A stretch of DNA of 64,000 nt from Marsupella aquatica. Taxonomy: Eukaryota > Plantae > Marchantiophyta. The stretch is taken from the NCBI GenBank assembly GCA_973895155.1, contig OZ316891.1, forward strand, positions 28,525,145 to 28,589,144, written 5' to 3'. Shown piece after piece: positions 1-11,651 of the stretch. Within the stretch, counting starts at the first letter, position 1. Each line of letters begins with the position of its first letter. The translations under genes were made by a program, and so were the position numbers. A model generated the notes under the pieces. It was not told the DNA's origin. It saw only the letters and a list, made by a program, of their open reading frames with translations, and did not search any database.

Positions 1-526
1 TGGAGCGAAAGAGTCATCATTCCTTCAGTTGCCATTTTTGTCTATAACAAACATTGCTACGTGTGAGATTACTTTCAAAATTGTCGGAAGTCAAAGTGTG
101 TTTACAAAACAGAAACAATCACCTTCTAAACATCCAAGCTCATCGAGTGCAATCATGCAAAACTACAAGTAGACAAATAGAACTGGGATAACCCGACGTT
201 CTGATTAACAAGAAAGTTACTTGGTAGGAAGACGTCGTCCGGTATCAAACTTACATCTCCTTGAATGTGCGACAGACAACGTGCTATGCTGCGTCAAACC
301 CGAGAACACTAGAACCCCTCCTCGCCCGGGGAGATGAGAACACAAGCTTGATTGAAGTTACTCAGCGAGGGGAAGACAATTGTGAAAGAGTTTGGCCCTG
401 AGGAGACGATGAAAGTGAAAGAATGATCACATTGTTAGGAATGGCGATGAGTCGAAAGGTCCAAATGACATATAGTGCATTTCAGGAGCCTCAGATCCTC
501 TGAAATGGTTTTGGGTTCTAGTCCTT

Positions 527-3355
527 TCACGCTTGAATGATGATGAAAAGGAAATTGGATTCTGTAGTGAGATCAGTTGCCATAGTGCTGTCGCTGAAAC
601 CGTGCTTTCTCATGTGTGCATTTTCGTGTAAGGCAAGACCGCACGAAATATTTTGTGCAAGAATTATGGACATAATTATGGCTAGCAACTTTGCTGGCCT
701 GATGTACATTGGAATTGTATGACCATTCGTGTTCGGGGAATACGTAATATGTACCATTCCACCGTCAGGATAGGTTTGGAAATCCAATAGGAGTTAAATA
801 GATAGGTGTAGTAGAAGGTTCCTTTTAGGCTAGAGAGTGTCACTTTATGCTAGCAAGGTTGTTTTTGTGCCAAATTTTGGGTATTCCAAGGAGGAAATGA
901 TCCCGTGCAAGGAAAATTTTTACTGTTTCCTCGCACGCTACAATGACCCATTTTTTAGTATCCCAACAAATGTTAAAGAGGTTGATCATTCATTAACTAA
1001 TAATATTTAGATAAAACTGTAATTAATTTAATACTTCAGTGTTCCTTAAATTGGGGAGGGTTTTCGTGCAGGAATACATGAATAATTATGCATTTGTTAA
1101 GGTGTTTTAAGATGCACAAACCTGGAAAATTTGCTTTCAATGGAAAAATAGAACATACCTATTCCATCAAAATACATCAAGGCCCCAAGGTCTGCATTGA
1201 TTTGAGCCTTTGCAAATGGACAAAAAACCTTCCACATGATATTCTTGGTCTAGGCCCTCCTCACATGCCACGTACAAAAGGTGATGGGAACATTTCGGGA
1301 AGACATTGTTGCGAGGCAACACGCAAGGCAGTCTCGATTAACAAATATTCGGATGTCGATAATGAAATAGAATGAAATCAGGTGCAATTCTGGGGATGGG
1401 AGCATAATTTATTACGTTATGGCAATTTGCTCCTCATCTGAGACATCAATCATCCAGCGGTTTGGATGCCATGGAACGTCGTTGCCCATATCTGATCTCT
1501 TCTGGTTTGCAGCTCCTTTGAGGTTTATCAATATGGTAGTGACTTGCATTGTTGTGTACCTCTGGAGGACTGCAAATGCAACATGGATTGCATTCTGAAA
1601 TTTATCAAACACCACAACGGTGTAAAATGGGAATTGCACATTGGAACAATTCAAAGCATACTCAGGCATTGTGATTGTGTTAATCCAGTCAGCATGGGTG
1701 GAATGTTGGAAATCCTACATTGTGTAGTGTGAATAATATTTACCTCACAATGATTTGTGCCAAATGTGGCATCGAAGCCCACAGCACCGTCGTGACCAAG
1801 CTGAGCCAACTTTTTCCTTTGCCAATCGGTACACCATGCCAAGATGAAGGGTTGGTTGTCTGATTTTACTTGGGGCTGGTAAAACAATACATCTGACTTG
1901 TTTTGTAGGTCTTGGACCTAGTTGTGAACACCAATTGCGTCATCTGTTGTGTAAAATGGCTGTCTTCGACGCATTGCCTCTCTAACTGTCCAAATGTCTT
2001 TTGGCGTGAGTTGCATGTCTCTGCTAAATATAACGTCTGCATCCGAATCTGGGTGATCTTTTCACCATTTCACAGCAACCTCATCAAAGTGCGCCTTGAT
2101 AATAGCCTTCGCTGACAACCTAGCTCTTAAATATCATTCTAGTTTAGCCCTTAGTTTGATGGAAATGCGAGGGGCTATGTGGCAGTTTGCTGCATATGCG
2201 GATGTGTCCTCCAAACCATGGCAAATGAGCCCATCTCCATCGCGGTGCTCTTGATGTACCCAACGTATGAGGAGAACATCCGGATGCAGTACAATAGACT
2301 TGCTGAGAAATTGCATCGGCACCCTTGCTTCATGGAGTGGCCTACAAATATAAAGACGCGGATACTGTTTAGGGGATTTTGACAGCACAGAATGTTCATG
2401 TTCAAATACACTGTTTGTGAGTCATGTTCAAATACCTTTGTCCTTCAATCAAAAAATCAAATACATTGTCCTTCGTGTCCTGCCACACAATGTCAAAAAT
2501 ATTCCAAACCAGACTTGCAAAACGTGATGTGCATGGGGATATGGAGAAACATTTACCTGTGATAGTTTTCTTTTTGAGGTAGACACCCCCTTCTTTGGAG
2601 CTCAGGTTCTCTGGAACTTTGTTTCCTAGGACATCCTTCCAGCGGCGCTTGTCTTCTGGGCCAAAGCAGCAATTACAGTACCAGGTGACCGTCTTCTCAA
2701 GAGGCCCAATTCCATTTATCTTATGCTCATGGGATTTGCGAACGGAGAATTGTGTATGGAAATCTTGTCTCATGTTTTCTCCCGATCGAGATAAAGTCAT
2801 TCAATTGGTTATGAGGAATCCACGCAAAGTCTGCCCTTGCCCCAAACCATTGCAATTTTGTAGCATCGAATTCACCCAGGGGAGGATATTGAATTCCGTC
2901 ACACAGTTTATAATTCTCATGAAAACACTTCTTCAGTTGCGGAATGGCCCGATCACAACCACCCCAAGGCATGCACTTTTCGCTCCAGGCTTGACTTTCA
3001 TTTCAGTAAACTGACTGTGCAAAGTCTTGATCGTTGGAGTGAACTGCTCACCTTGTTTATGTTCCTTGTCCCTTTTTGCAAACTCCTTCTCCCGTTGTAA
3101 ATTCTGCACATTGGACTCCAACGGTGGTTTTCGAACAGAGCTGTTCATTGCGTCTCGAAAAACCTGCATCCTCTCTTGCAGGTCTGCAAAAGTCAGCGGC
3201 CCTGTAGTGGAAGCTTGAGCTTGGACTTCAGCTGTCTTCGGCAACAAATCTTCGACCACAAGTGTGCTACGCCCCCTGCTTGAAGGATCCACAAATTTCT
3301 CGTTGTCATCGCTTCCCAGCTCATTAGGTGCCATATCAAGATCCTCAAACTCCAT
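527..3355 (-). pseudogene. Decayed, intron-containing MULE (Mutator-like) transposase with SWIM zinc-finger remnant
   Basis: Minus-strand fragments carry MULE-type motifs: GHDGAVGFDATFGTN (1651-1887), FPFYTVVVFDKFQNAIHVAF...WHPNRWMIDVSDEE (1412-1669) and a SWIM-like SCGLALHENAH (527-787). Several stops and frameshifts. Boundaries approximate. Confidence 0.7.
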
Positions 3356-4310
3356 GCCCTAGGCCCTCACTCCATGTAAAAGAAGTGGACCCCCTGCGAT
3401 CGGGCCTTTTTCATGTTTACCCCTTGTTATTTCCATTTTACCATTAAAAGTTCCCTTATTACCGGTAATAATTATAATTATTAGTTCAAAATAAAGAAAA
3501 ACTATCCTTCAAGCGTTCGCACGTCCTCCACGTATTAGTTAAGACTGAGGGCCCAGGGACTCCATGGTATCCAACAATTGCTCGTGCAGAGCACGAACAC
3601 ACACTCACAAATGCATTGGATTTTGCTGCCACAGAGTGCGCGCCATTGCGACCTCATGTGGATTTTGAAATTGTAGGGAAGGGCATATTTCCGTGTTGTG
3701 CGGCGACGAGCCGGGGTGTTGTGTGGCGATGGGATGTTGTGTAGCAATGGGAGGGAGGCACGATGGGAAGGTGCAGGGCCCAGGGTCTTTAGGTTCAGGG
3801 TCAGGGCCCATGAGGCACGGGCTTTAGGGCCTGGCGTGAGCGGAGGTGCAGGGGCGCCTTGAACCTTGGGTGTCCCTGTTGGGGGCAGGCGACGTGGCAG
3901 CCTAAACTGCCCGAAACCTCCTAATGCCATTAGCGTATGATTAGGGGCCATCAATGTGCATCGAGATTGAGTCTCGTGCTTAATTCCCTGACCTGCAGTG
4001 TGAAGCCATTGAATCCCATTAGGCCGTACTTACACGCGTGAAATCTGCAACCCTAATCCTACTTATGGCCAACCGTTGGATTGCCGTCTGCTCCAGTACC
4101 TAAGCAAGTAAGCATGGTATAGTTAGTACCCTTAAATGCTTTAGTTTTTACCCATTTTCCTCCCGTACTATCCCTTTATGTATATACAAAAGGCTTTAAC
4201 CTTTACACAACCCAGGGATACCTGCCTAGGCATCACACCATAGCCTAGTGAAGTGGATAAAGATTGACAGTGTCTACCCTTGAAAAACTGGAGACTCAAA
4301 ATTCTTTCAT

Positions 4311-4590
4311 TGGAAGTTCAATAGCTAGCAAAATAGATAAATTCAATCATTCCAATATATGTTTATAGTATTTGTACAATCTTCCAAGACATCGATCACC
4401 ATAGAATAGGTGAAATTCATATTAATAAACTGGAAGCTCAATAGCTTACAAAGTAGATCAATTCAATCATTAAAATAAATGTTTATAAGTATTCGTACAA
4501 TCTTCCAAGACATCGATCACCGTACAAAAGGTGAAATTCATATTAATAACTGGAAGCTCACGTAGCTTCAAAAGTTGATCATATCATCAT
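4311..4590. repeat. ~120-bp tandem repeat, about 2.3 copies
   Basis: tggaagYtcaatagct...caatcttccaagacatcgatcacc...ggtgaaattcatattaataa recurs at 4311, 4431 and 4551. Confidence 0.85.
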
Positions 4591-4842
4591 TTAAACATTT
4601 ATTATAATGTAAGTGTAGCTTGTAACACTTGCCTTTGGCATGGCCACAATAGTTGGCATCCATTCTCATCGACTTGCTGGTTCGACGAGAAGTCAAGCAT
4701 GGCTTAACTTGCTCAGGATCTTTTTGTTTTGGAATCATACGTTAACCCATATATGCTGGACCAACCACATGCTCTTCGAACTTTAGTGGGGCATGTAGTT
4801 CTAAGAGGCTTCTGCGCTATCATACCAGGCGAGACGTTCAAG

Positions 4843-7800
4843 TTAGCCTGTCCTGGGACTCAATTTGATTGGGTATCCTCCTTTTGGCTTGGGGACAAAG
4901 AATTCATATATCATACCCTGATCACGTCCAACGCTCTCATGCCTGCATAAGCAATCAACAAAAGAATCATGCATGTCAAAATTGGAACAGTGGAGTCAAT
5001 TTATACTTGGGGGTAGTCGAGGGGGTAGTAAGATGTAAGGGTTTTTCACATCATTCAATGACAAACATGTTGTGCAGTCTCATCCTGACTTAGGTGTTTC
5101 CTCTAGGGGCTTAATATGGGCTACATCCCCAAGGCGTTACAGGCCATGGCCCCCTAGACTAAGCCGACAAGTGAATATTGAAAAACATATGCTGGGGATT
5201 ACATCCCGGCAGGAACACCAAGATTTCAATCCGGAGCAAGGTTGGTGAGGGGCTTCTGTCCCATAACCTTTAATGAAAATACAAACTAAGGTCACAAGAA
5301 AGGTTTTAGGACATGGGTGGATCCAAAAAAATCAGCCTCAAGTTCTAGATGTCATTCTGCAAGTCTGTCGACTCCCTTCAGACTGGGCTGGATAGGAGGC
5401 TCCATTCCAAAGGCAAATACACGGACTAGCTGTAGCTTGCTCTGTCAAATTAAGGTCGGGTATATCAATGGGTACTTACGTGTAAGTCGTAGTGAGATGA
5501 TGAACGAAGATGCAGACAATCAGCTTGGCCAATTCAATCCCCGGACACATGTGAGGCCCAGTACTGAATGGAACGTAAGTGTATGGTTTCGGGGCCACCT
5601 GCAAAAGTTTCCCCAATCGAAAGAGGTTAATTATACCGAGTGAAAGTCAGGTCAGGTGCACCAACTCATTGAGGAAAACAAAATTGTGTTCTATTAGTTG
5701 TCAGCAACATAAAATCTTTGAATCAAAACCTGACCGAGGAGGAAGATAGTACAGTACTCACATCGAATCGATCGGGGTTGAAATTAAGGTCGGGATAATT
5801 GGCAGGATCCGTGTGAATGTAATTGGTCAACGGAATCACTCTCCAGCCCTTTGGTATTAGATGACCTGCATGATCGATAGACTTTTATGACCTTCATATG
5901 TGAACGTGGCACGAGTTTGTTCTCGAACGCATAATTTCATGACTCGCTCATAGAGCTACTCCATGTTTTCTTCGAAGAATCAGCTTGTATTTCTTGAGAA
6001 GCTTGTGCTGGCAGAGACCCTTAGAGCTAGATTACTCTGAATGAGCGTACTTTACCTACATCGAATCCGAACCTAATTCTGCACACTGTGAAGCTGACAA
6101 ATTTTGCGGGCTGAATGCGTGGGAATTCAGACTATTCATTAGCAATCCCGTTCAAGAACAACCCCCGTAGCTGTTGCAATGGTAGGATTGCACGATAATT
6201 TAACACTCTGGAAACTCAGATCACTCACCTTCAAACTTAACGTCTTCGGTTGCCTCTTTGAATTGAGCAGGGAGGATTGTAAGGCTTCTCTGGACTTCTT
6301 GAAAGAACTGCATCCGGAAATTCAGAAGAATTAAGTATGCCATTCGCTTGAACTGTCGAGAATTCTCGTCAACTAATTATATTTTACAGGTTGGAACATC
6401 CGCAAGCATGGAGCCGGTCTCTAAACAACTTCATATTCGACTAGTGTCCATTATAATTTCAATCCACTTCGTTTATAACTTCATATTAGACTAGCGTCCA
6501 TTATAGTTGCAATGCACTTGGGAATCCACTCTCGTTGGATGTCCAAGGATAATCATGCATGTTACCTTATGAGTGTAAACCATTTTCCTCGTATCGTCCC
6601 AAGTAAGCCTGGGCCCTTCGACGGAAGGGTCTTTGTTTTTGAGAATCTCTTGATGCTCAGCCTGCTCACATGGTATGAGGGTTAGTACAGTGGAAGATCT
6701 GAGAAGGATGGACCAGATAAAAACGGACAACGACATTCCTCGGCGGGAGCCTGGGCTGTCTGTCAAATGTGACGTAGAATTAATTGAGTAACCACCAATC
6801 TGGTGATATTCGGTGCTGGGTGCTGGCAAAATTTCGACAAAATACCATTTATCACGTTCAAAATTCTATTGCCAATTCAAGCTCCAGACCTCAATATATC
6901 CAAAAGGCCATGCCGGATTGAAACCGAGAAGCAAAGCATGCTCCGTACCTGGCAACGGCGAAAGACCTCCGGATAGTCAATCAGATACTTAAGGATCCAT
7001 ACAAGAGTCGTCGAGGTAGAGTCAGAAGCAGCGCTGTTTACAAAGAGCATGTTCTCGGCAAGCGTGCTATCATCGAGATTTTTCAGCTCTTCCAGCCCTT
7101 CAGGGTCATCCCGAGCTGCCAGTAGAGCTCCGAAGAAAATGCCCTCGGAAGACATTTGGCCCTTCGTCGCCTGTTCAATCAGACTTTTGAAGTATGCGAG
7201 CAAATTTTTCCGTGCCTGGTGAAGACAACAGCCAATCAATCAATGAAGGTGTTGAGGACTCACAACACAAATGCACAGATTTGTTCTCATCCAAAGTTAT
7301 CATTCTCGACATCGCTTTCTGATACTATGGGATTGATTTAAGATTTGACAAGTCTTCATTGTTGAAATCTATCTACTTGTATCTCACTTGGCCTTCAGTA
7401 AGAGGAGCAGTGTTCAAAAAGCGTATGGCCAAATCTCAACTTCAAGTCCAACTTGGCCTTCAGTTCTCGGAGCAGTGTTCAATAGCCTCGGGCAAGATTC
7501 AATTTCAAGTCCAAACTGCTGGCCGAACATCCGACAGTTCGCGTACCTTCTTGCTTTTGCTATACAGCGTTCCGGGAAGATCCACTGGCATCGCTGCAAT
7601 TGCATAAACGGTCGACTTAAAGTTTTTTAAATTCTTGCTTCCTTGTGGTGAGCTAGCACTGTTCTTATCTCCAAATAGAATACAGTTGCTAGCGTCCCAC
7701 GTAAGCTGCCAGTTGACATTTAAACAATTCACACATCAGTACCATTGATTATCCCAAGAGAATAGAATACCATTGATTATCCCAAGAGAATAGAATATAA

Positions 7801-9483
7801 ACCAATTGGCTAGGGGATTTGCCTCGAACTGAGAGAGATCCCAGGTTCAATCCCCCCTCCACACACTGGGGTATTTGTGTGTGGGTGGGATAAGTTTTGT
7901 GGGTAGTGAATTGGAGTTCTGATTATTTGCTTGGCCCCTGGTCGTCCACTTTGTGGTCCTGATTTAATCCTCTCTCCTTCCTGGTGCGGGTCTCTGTCTG
8001 ATCCCTTGGGGCTCACCCTGGTCTGGGTTCCCTACAGAAAAACTGTCACATTGGGATGGGGGAGTCTAATTGTATTTCCTCTCCATTTCCGTTGAAGACA
8101 AAAAAATAAAATAAAAAATATATATATATTTATATATATAAAGAAGTCTAATTGTATTTCCTCTCCATTTCCGTTCAAGACAAAAAAAAAAATATATATA
8201 TATATATATAAACGAAAGAATTAATTTGAGAATCCTGCAGACGAATTAATTGAACTAGAAGAGAAATCGCACAGAAGTACTAAGTACTCGAAGAAGAAAA
8301 CGAAGCGCTGAACAACGAAAATGAATTGAACTGAGTGATTAAAGAAAGACGGTTTAGGATTGAAAACGAACGGCCGACCTTTTGCGCTACATCACGTGCA
8401 ACAACAGTCCCAGCGCGCACCCACGAGGCCATGTGTTCGAGAATAATGTTCTCAAAACTCTGGACCTGATCCCGGAGACCTTGTGGACCAACAGATTTCA
8501 GGATCAACTTCCTGATAGACAGATGCGGTGGACCCTCCTGGAAAGTAAACGTGGTGGGTCCGACAACTTGTTTGAAGCTTTCGGGGAATGCCCGTTGGAA
8601 GAGGCGGGGGTTGTTATGGACGAATTTGAGGAACTCCGGAGTTGTTCCACATATCGTTGCCCGTAGAAATATGTTCGTTTTGAACGTATTTCCATACCTG
8701 CATTGATCAACTCACAACTTTCAGACATTGAGTTAAGCGCTGAAGATGTTCTTAACATCCCCAATTTGCAATTGATTCGCTGCCCCCAATGGTCTGACAT
8801 CAACCCGAGCTCTAAACCATTCAGTCTAGTCCACTTAGATATTTCGGACTGTCTTTGAGCGGGGGACATGCATCTACCTACACAGGGACATTGCCTGCCA
8901 AAATTCTTTCCTTCACTTTCGCTAGTGAACTGGAAGCCTTTCTCCTGGCCGAGAGAGAGTCAGTGACAAGCCAGAAAGCAAGATGACATGCTCGAAAGCA
9001 AGATGCCGAAGGTATATAATCACAGGAATAATTAAGGTACTTGTCGTTCCCTAGTTAAGTGCCCACGTACCATTCTAGGCAAGAAGAGATCCATAATGAT
9101 GGGACATCATCGAGCATGCGCCAAGCCAAAATCATTACTGAATTCATGAACAAGAGATTTACCTGCAGAAGCCAACTCAAGATCATGTCTGTTCCATTCA
9201 TGAATAGAGATTACCTCCTGACGTGAGAATGAGCAAATTCTAATGGGTCGTGGACAAAGTCCAATGATTCTCCAACGATAGGCCAGCCCAGCGAGCCTTT
9301 GGGCAGCACGGCATCGGGCCTTCGACATGAGTACAGAGTGTATGATCGCTGCACCCACAACAGAATAGCCCCGCCCAGCACCACTGCCAGAATTATCGAT
9401 AATGTCGACAGCGCTAAGTCCCCCATCAGTGTGTATCTTAAAAATGTGGACAACACCGACTCCCCCATCTGTGACTGTCTCAA
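4843..9483 (-). CDS. Cytochrome P450, CYP85 clan (CYP707/716/90-like), 9 exons, apparently intact
   Basis: GT-AG exons read by hand: 9483-9215, 8697-8379, 7705-7547, 7215-6949, 6661-6566, 6307-6229, 5865-5762, 5598-5480, 4942-4843. Motifs: TM anchor, LPKGSLGWPIVGES, RYGNTFKTNIF, ExxR (EVQR), IPKGW, FNPDRF, heme FSTGPHMCPG. The start could also be the next Met (MGES). Confidence 0.9.
7797..8211 (+). mobile_element. Probable tRNA-derived SINE in P450 intron 2
   Basis: tRNA-like head (accaattggctagg; B box ggttcaatcc at 7844-7853), short body, and a 3' end agtctaattgtatttcctctccatttccgttSaagac plus A/AT tail present twice (8063-8210). Confidence 0.6.
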
Positions 9484-9700
9484 GCTGGAGAACTAAGATT
9501 CGCCACAAGTGCTTGAACTAGGTGTGTGTTCAATCTTTAAATCCTTGAAACAAAATTATCGTGTGTCCTACTTCAGATGTGAGACAAATATATAGTTTTC
9601 AGTTGTTTCTCCCCACCGACGTCTTCATTGTAGGAGCCAGAGCTCTCGGGTATCACACAGAAGAAAAGACGAAGCAGCTAACACATTACCGAACCCCCTT

Positions 9701-9820
9701 TTTCGTTGGTCACCTACCCATCCACAAATGCATTTGAGTTTTTCGTTGGTCACCTACCCATCCACAAATGCATTTGAGTTTTTCGTTGGTCACCTACCCA
9801 TCCACAAATGCATTTGAGTT
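9701..9820. repeat. Perfect 40-bp x3 tandem repeat in the P450 upstream region
   Basis: tttcgttggtcacctacccatccacaaatgcatttgagtt repeated three times exactly; each unit contains ACCTACC. Confidence 0.95.
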
Positions 9821-11578
9821 AACCTCATGCTGTCGCATAATTGCACCGGTCATGGCTTACCTATCATCCAGCGCAACAATTGAAATGGACATGATGTTGT
9901 TGATTCCGTCAAACCTCGTTTGTGGGTAGTGATCTATGGTCACCAGTTTGTTCATAATTGACTTCATATGGGCTTCTGTTACAGTCGTCACTCTCTCTAA
10001 GTGCACAATCGCTAGACGAAGTACTCTCTCTCTAAGTGCACACTCCCTGGAAGAAGCACTTTCAGATGTGCACTTAAATCAGAGCTGCTCCTTCAAGAGC
10101 TACAGGTTACCCATAGGAACCAAATTTCATTAGAAACTAAGAATTTTTTCCTGAAATTGTGGAGTAGATTGGCACTTTAGAGGAAAAAAATGAGGGAAGG
10201 TGCAAAAAGGGAGAAGTATTGGACACTTCCCCCTTATATATGGGTAGCTGTGGTTTAATTAAGCAAGTTGTGGATAGATTCTACGTATTGAAATCATTTT
10301 ATAAAGCTTGCACAAAAACAGTCACCACCTTTGTGGAGAGGTCTAGTGCAAGGGCATTTTAAGATTTGTCCTCTACTTGCTACGAGATTCCGGGATTAAT
10401 GATACAAGGCGCTGTAATCGTATTACTTGTTTTATTACTCGTATTACTGATTGTTTAATTTATCCTCATTCATCAAAAGGATTGGGAAACGAGGAGAGAA
10501 TCGATTGTATAGATCCGCTAAGCACGTAGCCAGTAAATCTTTGAATAATTCTGAAAAAAGTTATGACAGCTAAACTAACTAATCCCCTCACAAGGGCTAC
10601 GGCTCTTTCCTTTCAGAACCTGCTGATGAGTAGTCGTGGAGAGCCCTACCTATAGGCTCTGGGGAAAAAACTGCGCAGCAACAACAACCGGGCCTACGGC
10701 CCTCCCGTATTTTAAACGGCAGATCGAGTGCCCGCCCATGACCATCATCGGGTGGTATGGATAACTGACCGGGTTATTGCAGTGTATACGACCTCGGCGG
10801 TGTCGAGCACCGGGATACAAAGAAAGGCCCGTGGGGCGGGGAATAAAAGAAATAGAAATTGGCTTTAGCCGGGGGGGGGGACCTTAGAGAGAGGCGCTAC
10901 GTGCTCGGGAAGAGTTAAAAATATCTTTTTTGACACTCGACCAACAGAAACTTCTAGGAATGGCTGATAAAGAAGAAGCACTACGTGCCTCCGTTTACGT
11001 GGGTAGCTTCGGCTTATGCAACATTGGGGGCTTGAAGTGGTTTATCCCCTAGTCTCGAATTTTTCAGAAATTCTAAGTCCTAATTCGTCGGGGAACGCCA
11101 TTAAGATAACCGCCCGCCGCAGGGGGACCGCGACTGAATTGACTCCTATTTTTAAGTTTCGAATAGAGAAATATATAGATATATCTATAACAAAGGCCCC
11201 CCGGCATCAGTTCTTACGCGAGCTACCCGTCAGACAAAGAAAGGGCAAATAAATATAAGTAAAAATCTCTATTTTCCATTTCCCCCCCCCCCCCGCTACG
11301 GCATTTTGGAATATGTCAATGATGTGTCAAATCCTATAGACCGCAAAAAGTTTTACTAGGATTTATTCAGTTTCTTCAACAAAACACGCGTAGTGCAATC
11401 CGCTGGAGTTCTATACGAACCTGAATCGGTTCGCGACTCTTTCACCGTTCCCGGGCCGTCGGGCCCGGCGGTCCCTCCACCTTCATCCAGTTGAAAGAGG
11501 CGCGGACTAAAATCGACGCTTGTATAAGGCTCCATAATTTATTTATTTTTTTTTCCGATTCGTTCCTTCGCTGCTTAT

Positions 11579-11651
11579 TCTCTAGTAGCTCAGCGGTTAG
11601 AGCAAATGGCTGTTAACTATTGGGTCGTTGGTTCGAATCCAACCTAGAGAG
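11579..11651 (+). tRNA. trnN: tRNA-Asn(GUU), mitochondrial type
   Basis: Cloverleaf with acceptor tctctag/ctagaga, anticodon GTT, T loop ggttcgaatcc. Confidence 0.95.

Noticed and set aside
881-1077. Possible small MITE inside the MULE (gtattcc...ggaatac)
   Set aside because: Only a 7-bp inverted match and no clear TSD.
9701-9820. CRISPR-like appearance of the short tandem repeats (also 58.9 kb and 62.2 kb)
   Set aside because: Units are head-to-tail with no unique spacers, there are no cas genes, and the context is eukaryotic.
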